From an uncultured Gammaproteobacteria bacterium (GTDB taxonomy: Bacteria > Patescibacteriota > Microgenomatia > Levybacterales > GWA1-39-11), in the NCBI GenBank assembly GCA_964448725.1, contig CAYVAJ010000002.1, positions 66,587 to 130,586 of the forward strand: a stretch of DNA of 64,000 bases. The letters run 5' to 3'. This document shows, piece after piece, positions 37,885 through 48,104 of this stretch. The translations under genes and the position numbers were made by a program. The notes under the pieces were generated by a model, which had not been told where the DNA came from, ran no database searches, and saw only the letters and a list, made by a program, of their open reading frames with translations. The stretch's first letter is position 1; every line of letters begins with the position of its first letter.

Positions 37885-38268
37885 ATGGAAGAAAATAAGC
37901 CAGTTACAAAACAGAGCACACCTCCTCGTGAAGAATTGGCAGTCAATATTGTGAGTGCTGATGAAAATGTATTTGATGGGACTGTATACATGCTTACATC
38001 AAAAAACAATGAAGGAGAGTTTGATGTATTACCCCTCCATACAAATTTTATTACCTTGATTGAGGAAAAAATAATCTTACACAAAACTTCAAAAGAGAAG
38101 AAGGAAATACCGATAACTAATGGGGTACTCAAAGTAGCAGAAAATCAGGTGAGTATTATCTTAGGACCGTTTGTCGGTGCAGACCTATTACCAGAAGACA
38201 TACTTCAATCGTCAACACGTTCAGTAGGTTCAAAAATAGATAAGATTAAAAAACTGTTTGTTGACTAA
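37885..38268 (+). CDS. atpC: F1 ATP synthase subunit epsilon
   Basis: N-terminal beta-sandwich pattern LAVNIVSADENVFDGTVYMLTSKNNEGEFDVLPLH. Confidence 0.75.
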   Translation: MEENKPVTKQSTPPREELAVNIVSADENVFDGTVYMLTSKNNEGEFDVLPLHTNFITLIEEKIILHKTSKEKKEIPITNGVLKVAENQVSIILGPFVGADLLPEDILQSSTRSVGSKIDKIKKLFVD

Positions 38269-38297
38269 CTCCTTACTCTTTCTCGCTTTTACCATAC

Positions 38298-38336
38298 AAA
38301 GAAAAGGTGTGAACTTAAACCACCTGGGAGGTGGAA
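38298..38336 (+). promoter_or_regulatory. conserved upstream motif, copy 2: AAAGAAAAGGTGTGAACTTAAACCACCTGGGAGGTGGAA, 58 nt upstream of a TATAAT
   Basis: matches 26563-26601 at 37 of 39 positions; TATAAT at 38394-38399. Confidence 0.6.
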
Positions 38337-38470
38337 CTTTTAATACCAAAATTGAAGTGATGAATATAATATCCGCTCCTGTAGATATAAACCTATAATA
38401 TTGTGGAAAATATTCTTTTAGTGTATAATACCCGCTATTGCTCGTTAACAGTATAGTTTAAGGAGGGATC

Positions 38471-39196
38471 ATGAATCCAATACTAAAGACCCTTCTGGCT
38501 GTTGTGTCTTTAGTCCTATCCTATTTCACATGGAAATGGATGTTTGGAGGCAATGTGTCGCTGGCAGTGATTGTTGGGGTAAGTGTAGTGCTCCATGAGA
38601 TTGGACACGGAATAGTACTTCGGTACTATGGACACCGCTTCAAGATGGTGTTTTTGCCAATTGGAGCTGCTGTCATTCCTGATAATACACAGGCTCTGCG
38701 TGAATCTCCCTTGGGTCAGCAAGCGAAAGTATTTCTCGCTGGTCCACTGGTAACCGTAGTATTAATTCTTGCCGGATTAGCGCTCGCTGTGAGTCCTCAG
38801 TGGTACAGGGAGGGAATTGCATTAGCCGCAATAAATGCTGCTCTTGGTGCAATGAATTTAATCCCCTGGGGGAAGTGGCTTGATGGCGGCGTATTTATTC
38901 GGATGCTCTTTCGGAGCATGACGAAGGATCAGCGTACCAAAATGAAGAATATCATTATTGGCGCGTGCGTCATCTGTGGCATATTCCATAGTTTTGGATA
39001 TGTCACTCTGATTCTGGGCCTATCAATTCTTGGAGTAGTAAAGGAGTCAAAGAGGGAAACTTTTTCTGACTCCCAATCTTCCGCACTAATAGGCCCTGCG
39101 CAAGGGATGAGACTATTTGTTTTATTTCTTGCGATGCTGTCAATCTCTTTGTTGGTAGCAGGTTTAACCCTGCCACTGAGAGAACTATACTTGTAG
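38471..39196 (+). CDS. M50-family (site-2-protease-like) intramembrane zinc metalloprotease
   Basis: HEIGHG within a TM helix plus the second M50 motif NLIPWGKWLDGG; strong RBS AAGGAGGG. Confidence 0.75.
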   Translation: MNPILKTLLAVVSLVLSYFTWKWMFGGNVSLAVIVGVSVVLHEIGHGIVLRYYGHRFKMVFLPIGAAVIPDNTQALRESPLGQQAKVFLAGPLVTVVLILAGLALAVSPQWYREGIALAAINAALGAMNLIPWGKWLDGGVFIRMLFRSMTKDQRTKMKNIIIGACVICGIFHSFGYVTLILGLSILGVVKESKRETFSDSQSSALIGPAQGMRLFVLFLAMLSISLLVAGLTLPLRELYL

Positions 39197-39405
39197 CAAA
39201 CATAGCAAAAAAAGCACCGTAAGGTTAGACCACATATGATGTGGCAAAAAGCCACGTTTGACTTGGCAAAAAGCCACATTTGACGTGGTGAGAAAGGAAT
39301 GCCTATGGCACACTTCCTGCACATGCAGGACGAAGAAAGTGACTAAGGGCTCCCAGTCTTAATAACCCCAAGGTGCTTTCTTCGTGATTAGTGCAAAAAA
39401 TATAC

Positions 39406-39825
39406 TTACGAGTTAGCTTTTGGACTGGTAATATTTACCATCCAATCAATACCGAATTTATCAGTAAGCATACCAAAAGTATCACCCCACGGAGCTTTTT
39501 CAAGAGGCATTACCTGAGTACCACCTTCAAGAAGCTTAGTCCAGTAATCACGCAGTTCTTCTTCATTCTCACCACTGAGTGACATACTAAAGTTCTTTCC
39601 TGGCTTATATTCCATATTACTTGGAGTATCAGAAGCCATAAAGGTTATGCCATTCTCAGCTTCTAGCATAGCATGCATAATTTTATTCTCATCGCTTGGA
39701 TCTTGTGAGACATTAAATTCTTTAAATGTGCTCATATCAAGTTTGCCACCAAAGACAGATTGGTAAAATTCCATTGCTTCACGGGTAGTATCTCTAAAAT
39801 TGAGATATGGAGTTAATCTTGTCAT
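39406..39825 (-). CDS. VOC-family protein (PhnB-like)
   Basis: start moved to ATG 39825, 6 nt after a strong RBS AAAGGAGGTG, giving MTRLTPYLNFRD; VOC fold motifs. Confidence 0.65.
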   Translation of the reverse strand: MTRLTPYLNFRDTTREAMEFYQSVFGGKLDMSTFKEFNVSQDPSDENKIMHAMLEAENGITFMASDTPSNMEYKPGKNFSMSLSGENEEELRDYWTKLLEGGTQVMPLEKAPWGDTFGMLTDKFGIDWMVNITSPKANS

Positions 39826-39978
39826 AGTTACACCTCCTTTCAACAAAATACTATTCTCTTTTTCGATTATATCACGCAATTTAATTACATACTTTGTATC
39901 TGGAAAATATCTTTACAATCAAAATACTTAACTCTTATAGAACGTTTAAGAGGAGAGGATAGAATTGGGGATAGTAGT

Positions 39979-41016
39979 ATGAAGGTTTTTACTCTTTTTA
40001 TTCTTTTTTTCTTCAGTGCTTTTTTTACCGCTACTTTGGTTATGACAGTACACACAATGAGTAAGTCTGTAATGAGTGATAATTCACAAAATACTACAGA
40101 TTTAGATCCACTGTCGATTGAGTATCTTCGTAATATTGAGTATGACGGAAGTGAACTGCACATAGAAGAAAAATTAAAATCTGAAAATGACTATGAAGAA
40201 TATATTGTTTCGTATCTATCGGAAGGCTTGAAGATTTACGCACTTTTATCAATTCCAAAAGGTATAGAACCAAGAAATGGATGGCCAGCAATTATTGTCA
40301 ATCACGGCGATATTCCACCAAGCCAGTATAGAACAGAAGAGAAGTATGTCCCTCATATAAACAGTCTTGTATCAAACGGATATATAGTTTTGAAACCTGA
40401 TTATCGAGGACATGGTAACTCACAGGGAATAGCAATTAACGCATATTCAGTTCCGGATTATACAATAGATGTTTTGAACGCTATTGCTTCTTTGCGCAAA
40501 TTTTCAAAAGTTGATTCAAAAAGGATTGGCCTTTGGGGTCATTCCACCGGCGGGCATATAACATTGCGTGCAATGGTTGTAGATCCTCATATAAAAGCGG
40601 GTGTGATCTGGGGTGGTGTCGTAGGTTCATATGAGGAACTTCTTGAAGAATGGCCATCATATTGGGAGATAACAAATACACCTGTTCCAGCAGATGATAC
40701 AAAAAATCCTTTGCAAAATTGGCGTTCATATCTTGTGTCAACATATGGACAACCTACAGAAAATTCGGATGAATGGAACGCAATCTCTGCAACCACATAT
40801 CTCAGTGATATCTCAGGTCCTTTACAATTACATCATGCACAAAGCGATACGTGGGTACCTGTTGTATTATCAGAATTACTGCATGAAAAAATGGATCAGC
40901 ACAATAAATATTCTCAACTTTTCAAGTACCAGGAAGATGATCACAATCTCACAGCAAATTATGCAGTAGCAATGGAACGATCAGTGCAGTTTTTTGATCA
41001 GTATGTAAAAGAGTGA
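39979..41016 (+). CDS. secreted alpha/beta hydrolase (S9/dienelactone-hydrolase-like)
   Basis: signal peptide; nucleophile elbow GLWGHSTGG; His-Asp region. Confidence 0.7.
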   Translation: MKVFTLFILFFFSAFFTATLVMTVHTMSKSVMSDNSQNTTDLDPLSIEYLRNIEYDGSELHIEEKLKSENDYEEYIVSYLSEGLKIYALLSIPKGIEPRNGWPAIIVNHGDIPPSQYRTEEKYVPHINSLVSNGYIVLKPDYRGHGNSQGIAINAYSVPDYTIDVLNAIASLRKFSKVDSKRIGLWGHSTGGHITLRAMVVDPHIKAGVIWGGVVGSYEELLEEWPSYWEITNTPVPADDTKNPLQNWRSYLVSTYGQPTENSDEWNAISATTYLSDISGPLQLHHAQSDTWVPVVLSELLHEKMDQHNKYSQLFKYQEDDHNLTANYAVAMERSVQFFDQYVKE

Positions 41017-41028
41017 TTTATTTTTAGA

Positions 41029-41856
41029 TCAGACATAAGGTAAAGAACCAAGAGAGGAATAATGCTCGTTAAGCTCGGAAAGCTTCTGCATATCATCATC
41101 ATCTATCTTAAAGTCAAAGACATTGATATTTTCTTCTAAATGTTCTATTTGATTCGCTTTTATAATTGGGACACTACCTATCTGTAAATTCCATCGGATT
41201 AAAATTTGTGCTGGTGATTTTTGATATTTTCCTGCAAGTTGAGTAAGCGTATCGTCATCAAGTCGTGTAGTTCTGGTTAATGGGCTATATGCCTGTATAA
41301 CAATGTTCTTTTCTCGACAGTAATGGATCATATCATCACTATAACCAAACGGACTCCACTCAATCTGATTAACTGTTGGAGTCTCACCACTGGCTTCAAT
41401 AAGCTCATCTATCAGTACAGTGGAGTAATTACTTACTCCAATATCCCGAGTATATCCTTCATTTTTTGCTTGAATTAATCCTTCCCATAATTCTATACCT
41501 GCTCCTGTTGGAGGAGGGCGATGGATGAGCATTAAATTAACGTACTCAAGACCTATTTCTTTTATATATGCTTTCGTTGCTTCATATGCATTATCGGTTT
41601 CTTCCACTTTTGTTACTACATAAATGCTTTCGCGATTAATAGTGCTATTTCTCATTGCCTCACCAATACTAGTTTGGGTGCCATAATCGCTCGAAGTATC
41701 AATAAGACGATAACCCAGTTCTAACGCATTGGTAACAGTATCTACAGTATTTGTTGAGAGTTGCCAAGTTCCTAAGCCAAGAACAGGCATAGTATTTCCT
41801 GTATGGAGTGATATAGTTGAATTTTTATCCATACATTTATGGTAAAGACAGCGCAT
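41029..41856 (-). CDS. aldo/keto reductase
   Basis: MPVLGLGTWQ ... IDTSSDYGT ... IEWSPF (AKR signatures); the true start may be the internal ATG at 41832. Confidence 0.8.
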   Translation of the reverse strand: MRCLYHKCMDKNSTISLHTGNTMPVLGLGTWQLSTNTVDTVTNALELGYRLIDTSSDYGTQTSIGEAMRNSTINRESIYVVTKVEETDNAYEATKAYIKEIGLEYVNLMLIHRPPPTGAGIELWEGLIQAKNEGYTRDIGVSNYSTVLIDELIEASGETPTVNQIEWSPFGYSDDMIHYCREKNIVIQAYSPLTRTTRLDDDTLTQLAGKYQKSPAQILIRWNLQIGSVPIIKANQIEHLEENINVFDFKIDDDDMQKLSELNEHYSSLGSLPYV

Positions 41857-41903
41857 AAATCCACTGTCTATGTGTAGTAAGAAAGCTGCAAGAGTGTACA
41901 GTA

Positions 41904-42443
41904 TTAAGCTTTTTGAAGTTTTCGTATAACTACCTGAATGATATTTGCGGTTAGCGCGTCATTAATTTCTCCTGTATCAATCATAGAGAGTGCTTCGGTA
42001 AAACTCACAAACTTTTGTTCAACTACAAGCTCGCTCGATTCTGATTTTTTTGTTGTTACGGTTGTTGATGGGATCTGGGTATAAAAGAGAGTAACACTTT
42101 CGGTATTGAAGCTATTAAGCGGATAAAATACTCCTATTTCTTCTAATTTCTCAACTGTTATTCCGGTCTCTTCATATAACTCTCTTATTGCTGCTTGTTC
42201 TGGAGTTTCACCCTCATCTATTCCGCCTCCAGGAACTTCCCAGCTATATTGGTCTATGACATATCGATATTCGTAATTAAGCAGGATTTTATTGTCAGTT
42301 GTTACAACAACAATACCGACACCATTCTTACGATTTACCCATGCGTAGGTTCCCGTTGATCCATCAGGAAATTCTATCTCGTCTTGATATAAAGTCAGCC
42401 ATTCATCCTTATACTTCTCTTTTTGCTTTATTCGTTTGAACAT
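41904..42443 (-). CDS. NUDIX hydrolase
   Basis: Nudix box [23 protein letters not shown]. Confidence 0.8.
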   Translation of the reverse strand: MFKRIKQKEKYKDEWLTLYQDEIEFPDGSTGTYAWVNRKNGVGIVVVTTDNKILLNYEYRYVIDQYSWEVPGGGIDEGETPEQAAIRELYEETGITVEKLEEIGVFYPLNSFNTESVTLFYTQIPSTTVTTKKSESSELVVEQKFVSFTEALSMIDTGEINDALTANIIQVVIRKLQKA

Positions 42444-42538
42444 AGTTGCAGTATACCTTATTCTGATAACTGATGGTAGGAGATAGCAAATCGTAAATGT
42501 TAGAATATTGAAACTAGAAAACTCGAGGTCTCATATTG

Positions 42539-43615
42539 TTATCCGTATTTTTTTTTAAATATTTCATATATTTCATTGGCTCTGTCTAAAGTAGTAGTTT
42601 TTTCAGTCCCTATATCAACTTCTCTTGTATATCTGATTATTCTTTGAAGGATTTCATGTCTACATGCTTGAATAATTGCGTCTTCATTAGTAATTCCATC
42701 CATTACTTTATTTACTGACATTGCGGTAGGATTATTCATGGCATCTACTGGATTATTTTCCTTTTTGCCATATATTTCAAATATCTTTTTTAGCAAATTA
42801 TAATTTTCAATATCTTTATCATACGTTGTCATACTTTTTGCTTCTGAACTCAGTGAGACTACGCGGTTTTGTAAATCAGCCGTTGCAGCCTCAAATGCGA
42901 GATTGAGTGCATGATCTGGTTCAGCTTCAAAAACTGGGAAAGTTTCAAACTTTATAAAATTCGGATTGTGACCGTTACGTAATGCGTGATATATCTCCGA
43001 GAGTAAAAAACCAAATTTTCCACTTCCACCTCCAGGACTGAATGCAATAAGATGATTATTTACTTCATGAACAACATCATTTCTACTAAAAATACTTTCT
43101 GCGTTCTCAAGTATGGAGGTATCAGGGTACTGAGGAATTTCAAAATGGCTATGCATATATACTCCCTCTTTAAATAAATTTTCTCGGAAGTGATCCAACA
43201 TACGTTTATCTGTTTCAGAAGGGTTAACAGGTGAAACGCTAACAACAACATCTTTAATATCAAATTCTAATTCTCTAGCTTTATGAATAAGTCGTATGGT
43301 CTCAAAATCATACCTGAGTTGTGAGTCACCTCTAAAACGCCCGTTCAATGTCCTCCCATATGGAGGAGGAAGTATATCTCGTGCATTAACAACCATTACG
43401 ATTTTCCCTACTGGTAACAATTCTGCAAGTAATTGTGCTTTACAATCAGGTTCATATCCTGGCAGTACTCTTTCTGCATGATGGTCTTCGAAAGGTTTGC
43501 CACCAAATTCCATAAATACTTGATCTCTATTAAACTGGTTTATTCTTTCTCGAATAGAAGAAGATTGGAATTCGATGTATTTTTTAGTATCAAAACCAAT
43601 TTCTTTGGTAGTCAT
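42539..43615 (-). CDS. UPF0371/DUF1846-family protein (shortened C-terminus)
   Basis: FGGKPFEDHHAERVLPGYEPDCKAQLL, GGGSGKFGFLLSEIYHA and FETFPVFE...LNLAFEAATADL match UPF0371 proteins; 358 aa against my recollection of about 490 aa. Confidence 0.6.
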   Translation of the reverse strand: MTTKEIGFDTKKYIEFQSSSIRERINQFNRDQVFMEFGGKPFEDHHAERVLPGYEPDCKAQLLAELLPVGKIVMVVNARDILPPPYGRTLNGRFRGDSQLRYDFETIRLIHKARELEFDIKDVVVSVSPVNPSETDKRMLDHFRENLFKEGVYMHSHFEIPQYPDTSILENAESIFSRNDVVHEVNNHLIAFSPGGGSGKFGFLLSEIYHALRNGHNPNFIKFETFPVFEAEPDHALNLAFEAATADLQNRVVSLSSEAKSMTTYDKDIENYNLLKKIFEIYGKKENNPVDAMNNPTAMSVNKVMDGITNEDAIIQACRHEILQRIIRYTREVDIGTEKTTTLDRANEIYEIFKKKYG

Positions 43616-43618
43616 AAA

Positions 43619-44257
43619 TTATTGATCTTTGATATGATGAAAAGATAATAAATGGTCAATAATCTCATAAGCGATTTGTTGAGGGTTTAAATAGGTTGTA
43701 TCAAGTTGGATAGCCTTTCCAATTTTTCGTAACTCAGATGAATGTTCCAGTAAGAAATTTTCAAAAAAATCTAATCTACTGCCTGTATTGCGTATTTCTT
43801 TGTCTTTCCAATCTATTTCTTCTCGTTGTTTTATTCTTTCTTGACGTACCTCTTCATCGATGGTAAGTATTACTCTTAAGTCAGGTTGAACAATTGGAAA
43901 TAATTGAGAAATTTGTACAACATTTTTTACACCTAGGTGGGCATGGTGTGCCAACACATCGTCAATATAACGACTCTTTACTACAGAATATCCTAACTGT
44001 AAAAGCTCTTCTATTCTTTCACTATGAAATACATTTGATCCTAAGTAAAATGCGAGCTGAGACGTTGGAGATGTTTCTGTTAATACTCTTTTTTTTAAGG
44101 AAGAAAAAGGGTTGTCTATCTGTTCAGTTTCATAAATATCATAGTTTATATTATTAAGACCAATTTGTGTTAATTCTTGAGAGAGCACGTTTGAGGTGGT
44201 TGTTTTTCCAGTACCATCTATCCCATGGACAGTTATAAAAACTGGTTTCTCTTTCAT
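43619..44257 (-). CDS. thymidylate/(d)NMP kinase-family protein
   Basis: P-loop HGIDGTGKTT at the N-terminus; Tmk-like length. Confidence 0.5.
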   Translation of the reverse strand: MKEKPVFITVHGIDGTGKTTTSNVLSQELTQIGLNNINYDIYETEQIDNPFSSLKKRVLTETSPTSQLAFYLGSNVFHSERIEELLQLGYSVVKSRYIDDVLAHHAHLGVKNVVQISQLFPIVQPDLRVILTIDEEVRQERIKQREEIDWKDKEIRNTGSRLDFFENFLLEHSSELRKIGKAIQLDTTYLNPQQIAYEIIDHLLSFHHIKDQ

Positions 44258-44817
44258 AAAAAGTTTGATACCTCTTGATACACTTTGTTTATTGTTTCAT
44301 ATCGTTTTGTAATACGGTCTTTATACTCGGGAAATAGTATTTTTTTATATCCTTTTTCAAGATATTTTTGACCCCATGCAAGTTTTTCAGTGTATGTTTG
44401 CTTTTTACATAGAAGCATAAATGCTTCATGGTATACGACTTTAGAGGCAGCATCTGCTGTAATAACAATTTTTTCTTCGAGTGAATATTCAGGCAATATT
44501 TTATTGTGGTTTTTTACACAAGCAACTATTATTGATTTTTCATTTTTGGATATAGGCAGGTTCTCTAAGATTTTAGTTGATATTCTTGCACCTGCGTCAG
44601 CATGATCTTCTTCTCCTTCTTCATGATCGCGCCCTATGTCATGGAGTAGGCAACTCAATTCTATTACTCTACTATCTACATTATGAGTTCGAGATAATTT
44701 CAATCCAAGTTTTACTACAAACTGAATATGACAGTAATATTCTTTCTCTTTTTCGTTGAGTAGCCTTTGAATGATTTCCTTCTTTGCATTATTAAATTGA
44801 GATGTATTCATATGCAA
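44254..44817 (-). CDS. HD-domain phosphohydrolase
   Basis: H...HD motif (LLHDIGRDHEEGEEDHADAG); 4-nt overlap with the kinase gene. Confidence 0.65.
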   Translation of the reverse strand: MHMNTSQFNNAKKEIIQRLLNEKEKEYYCHIQFVVKLGLKLSRTHNVDSRVIELSCLLHDIGRDHEEGEEDHADAGARISTKILENLPISKNEKSIIVACVKNHNKILPEYSLEEKIVITADAASKVVYHEAFMLLCKKQTYTEKLAWGQKYLEKGYKKILFPEYKDRITKRYETINKVYQEVSNFL

Positions 44818-44909
44818 TAGATGTTTGGAGTGATTATATTGCGATTAAAATTAAAAAACAAGGTACAATCGATTATCTGTATGGTTGGGTTTTATAATTG
44901 CTGTTGTAA

Positions 44910-45281
44910 TTATTTGGATAATGACGAAATATTTTTTTTCACAATTTCTACTAGTTCACTTGTCTCAAAAGGTTTTGCGATAAAATCATTCGCTTCAGAT
45001 TGTAGTGCATCAAGTTTAGCAGAAGGGTGTGCAGACATGAGCACAATGGGAATATGTTTTGTGCTTTCTTGACTCTTCAGAATTTTACAAATTGTTCTTC
45101 CGTCATTTCCTGATAAGAGAATATCTAATAGGATAAGATCAGGTTTAAATGTGTCTATATTTTTATATGCCTCATCTCCTTTTTCAGTTGTACAAATTAC
45201 ATATCCTTCAGCTTCTAAAATCAAAGAAATTGGTTCTAATATATCGTGGTCGTCATCAATAATGAGTATTCTCTTTTTCAT
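44910..45281 (-). CDS. single-domain response regulator (CheY-like receiver)
   Basis: ILIIDDD ... phospho-acceptor Asp in LILLDILL ... conserved K; no output domain. Confidence 0.8.
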   Translation of the reverse strand: MKKRILIIDDDHDILEPISLILEAEGYVICTTEKGDEAYKNIDTFKPDLILLDILLSGNDGRTICKILKSQESTKHIPIVLMSAHPSAKLDALQSEANDFIAKPFETSELVEIVKKNISSLSK

Positions 45282-45291
45282 CGGTATGTTC

Positions 45292-47157
45292 TTAAGGGTT
45301 TATAGGCAGGCTGAAATAGAATGTTGATCCTTTCCCTTTTTTACTTGTTAACCATATTTTTCCTCCGTGTCTTTCAACAATATCTTTTGATATGAATAAC
45401 CCTAATCCAAGACCTGGAAATGTTTTCTCAGTGGGGTCTGATACTTGGTAAAGGCGATCAAATATTTTAGTCTGCTTTTCTTTTGCAATGCCAATTCCAT
45501 AATCTTTGATACCTACAATTACCTGACTATCATTTTTTTCCAGTGTGATTTTGATTTTTTTATTGTTAGGAGAATACTTAATAGCATTAGTTATAAGATT
45601 AACAAGTACTTGATACACTCGATACCTATCTGCTGATACAAAAATCTTTTTTCTATCTTGTATAAGTAGGGTATGGTTTGTTGTTGCCTGTAATCCTTCT
45701 ACTGTATCTTGCACTAATTCATGTAAATCGAAGAGCTCTTTATGAAGCTGTAATTTTCCTGTTTCAATACGTGAAACATCAAGGAGATCATTTGTGAGTT
45801 CTGTTAAACGATATGTCTGATCTTTAATTCTTTTCGTAAAGTATAATGGTTTCTCTTGTTTTTCTTTCTGTAATTCTTTGTACAAAAGGTCTACGAACAT
45901 TTTCATACTCGTAATTGGTGTCTTGAGTTCGTGTGAAGCCATACTTAAGAAATCACTTTTTTCTTGTTCAAGTTGCTTGTGCTGTGTAATATCAGTTGTT
46001 GCTCCAAGCATCCTTGTTGGTTTTCCATTTTTGTCATACGTAACGACTGCTTGGGTTTCGACCCAGCGTACGGTTCCACTTGGAGGAACAATTCTAAACT
46101 CAATATAAAATTGGGTTTTATTTTGTAAACTTTTTTCTATTTCTTGTAAAACTCTTGCTCTATCATCAGGATGAATAAGTTGCTTAAAATTATCGAATGT
46201 TACGATAAAATCTTTTTTACTGACATCATGAATGGTATATACATTATCTGTCCATGTTAATGTATTGTTATCTATTTCCCAATCCCAAACTCCAATTTTA
46301 CCTGCATCAAGCGCTATTTTTAGTCGTTCCTCGTTTTGTCGAATTAATTCTTCTGACTTTTTCTGATTCGTTATATCGCGTGCTATTTTTGAGGCTCCAA
46401 TGATTGCGCCATTTTTTCCTTTTATGGGGGATATACTGAGCGAAACATCTATTAATTGTTTGTGTTTCGTTATTCGTACGGTATGAAAATGATGTATTCG
46501 TTTTCCTTTTTTTAATTTATTAATAATATCTTCTTCTTCTTTTCTCCGCTCAGGTGGAATGATAAGTGTGATTTTTTCCCCAAGTGCTTCTTTGGCTGTA
46601 TACCCAAATAATTTTTCAGCACTTTTATTCCAGCTAGTAATATTTCCATCTAAAGTTTTACTGATAATTGCATCATCAGATGACGCAACGATTGCTGCGA
46701 GTCGGGCATTGATTTCATCTGCTTCCATTCGTTCAGTTATGTCTTCGTGTTGAAGTACGACATATGCAAGATTTCTTTTTTGATCACGGATAGGATACAT
46801 ATGTCCAGAAATCCAGCGGTATGGGACCTGTCCATTTATTTGCACTGTTTTAGAAGGATCATATCGGATAGGGGGAAGATAAACAATTTTTCCGTTAAAT
46901 CCACGTTTTATATAGTGCATTGATCCAGATGCAATTAATTGCTTGTCTTTGAGAATATTATATGACCCTACGTGCTTGTATTTAACATTCCACAGTTTTT
47001 CCCATGCTTTATTGACAAAAATTATTTCTCCGTCTGGGGTAAAAATTTGAGTACTTATCGGATTTTGATCAAAAATGGTTTTAAAAAGCTTGATTCCTCC
47101 CTCTTCGATGGTCAGATTTATCATAATAAACCAATAAAGTATACCATAGATATACAA
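45292..47157 (-). CDS. multi-PAS sensor histidine kinase (cytoplasmic)
   Basis: H-box HELKTPITSMKMF; HATPase_c (GLGLGLFISKDIVERHGGKIWLTS); three PAS-like repeats. Confidence 0.85.
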   Translation of the reverse strand: MYIYGILYWFIMINLTIEEGGIKLFKTIFDQNPISTQIFTPDGEIIFVNKAWEKLWNVKYKHVGSYNILKDKQLIASGSMHYIKRGFNGKIVYLPPIRYDPSKTVQINGQVPYRWISGHMYPIRDQKRNLAYVVLQHEDITERMEADEINARLAAIVASSDDAIISKTLDGNITSWNKSAEKLFGYTAKEALGEKITLIIPPERRKEEEDIINKLKKGKRIHHFHTVRITKHKQLIDVSLSISPIKGKNGAIIGASKIARDITNQKKSEELIRQNEERLKIALDAGKIGVWDWEIDNNTLTWTDNVYTIHDVSKKDFIVTFDNFKQLIHPDDRARVLQEIEKSLQNKTQFYIEFRIVPPSGTVRWVETQAVVTYDKNGKPTRMLGATTDITQHKQLEQEKSDFLSMASHELKTPITSMKMFVDLLYKELQKEKQEKPLYFTKRIKDQTYRLTELTNDLLDVSRIETGKLQLHKELFDLHELVQDTVEGLQATTNHTLLIQDRKKIFVSADRYRVYQVLVNLITNAIKYSPNNKKIKITLEKNDSQVIVGIKDYGIGIAKEKQTKIFDRLYQVSDPTEKTFPGLGLGLFISKDIVERHGGKIWLTSKKGKGSTFYFSLPINP

Positions 47158-47250
47158 CTGACAATTTTGTGTGTCTCATTATACTCTTACAGACCTATAG
47201 AGTATTTTTAATACGATTTTACGAAAATATTGTTACTGGAGGTGGTAATT

Positions 47251-47463
47251 GTGAATGATATACAAAATGCAGTAACACATTTAAGAGAGCATCAAGAGTA
47301 TCCTGCGACAAAACAGGAGTTAGTAGAATCATGCAATAATCTATCAGATTTTTCTGAAGATGATAAAAAATGGTTTGAATCTAATTTGCCAGAGGGTACC
47401 TATAACTCAGCAGATGAGGTCATGCGTGCGCTCAATATAATGCAGGGAGAAATGGCTGCCTGA
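47251..47463 (+). CDS. DUF2795-family small protein (GTG start)
   Basis: RBS GGAGGTGG 5 nt upstream of GTG 47251; HLREHQEYPATKQELVESCNN resembles DUF2795; the track ORF uses an upstream TTG. Confidence 0.5.
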   Translation: MNDIQNAVTHLREHQEYPATKQELVESCNNLSDFSEDDKKWFESNLPEGTYNSADEVMRALNIMQGEMAA

Positions 47464-47468
47464 GTACT

Positions 47469-48038
47469 CTATGACTGTACTTCTTTGAGTAGTTCTTCAG
47501 TTAATTGCAGTGGAAGTCCGGTTATACTATTGATATCTCCTTCAATATAATCGATGTATGGTTGGAGCAGCGGGTGCTCAACGATAAATCCACCTGCTGT
47601 ATGCATAACCAGACCTTCTTGTACGACTGTATCAATAACTGAGGAAGGAATTTTTTTAAAATAGGCGAGTGCTGTATCTACTGCCTCTGCTTGTTTCCCG
47701 GTGACAGTATTTGTCACCACAATTGCTGTATGTGTCTGAGCAGGGTACTGATAGTAACTTTCTAAGTACTGTATTGCTTGTTGGGTACTTTCTGGTTTTT
47801 CACGCAGCTCACCGTTATACAGTACTACTTGATCAGAAGTGATAAGAAGAGCAGGTTCATGAATTTTGGGAATAAGTGCATCTGCTTTTGCTCGTGCAAT
47901 TAGGAGTGGGAGTTGTTCAAAATCATCTGATCGTATAGCTTTTTCATCAATATCAGCAATAAGTACATCAAATGTATATCCTGCATCTTCGAGCACTTTT
48001 TTCCGCCCAAACGATTGTGACCCAAGAATTATCTTCAT
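47469..48038 (-). CDS. maf: Maf-like nucleoside triphosphate pyrophosphatase
   Basis: MKIILGSQSFGRKKVLEDAGYTFDVLIADIDEK matches the Maf N-terminal signature. Confidence 0.8.
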   Translation of the reverse strand: MKIILGSQSFGRKKVLEDAGYTFDVLIADIDEKAIRSDDFEQLPLLIARAKADALIPKIHEPALLITSDQVVLYNGELREKPESTQQAIQYLESYYQYPAQTHTAIVVTNTVTGKQAEAVDTALAYFKKIPSSVIDTVVQEGLVMHTAGGFIVEHPLLQPYIDYIEGDINSITGLPLQLTEELLKEVQS

Positions 48039-48104
48039 AGAAAAAGTATACCACCCTCTTTACATTTCTTCATTTTTTTGCAATGATGCAATAGATTGAT
48101 CTCT

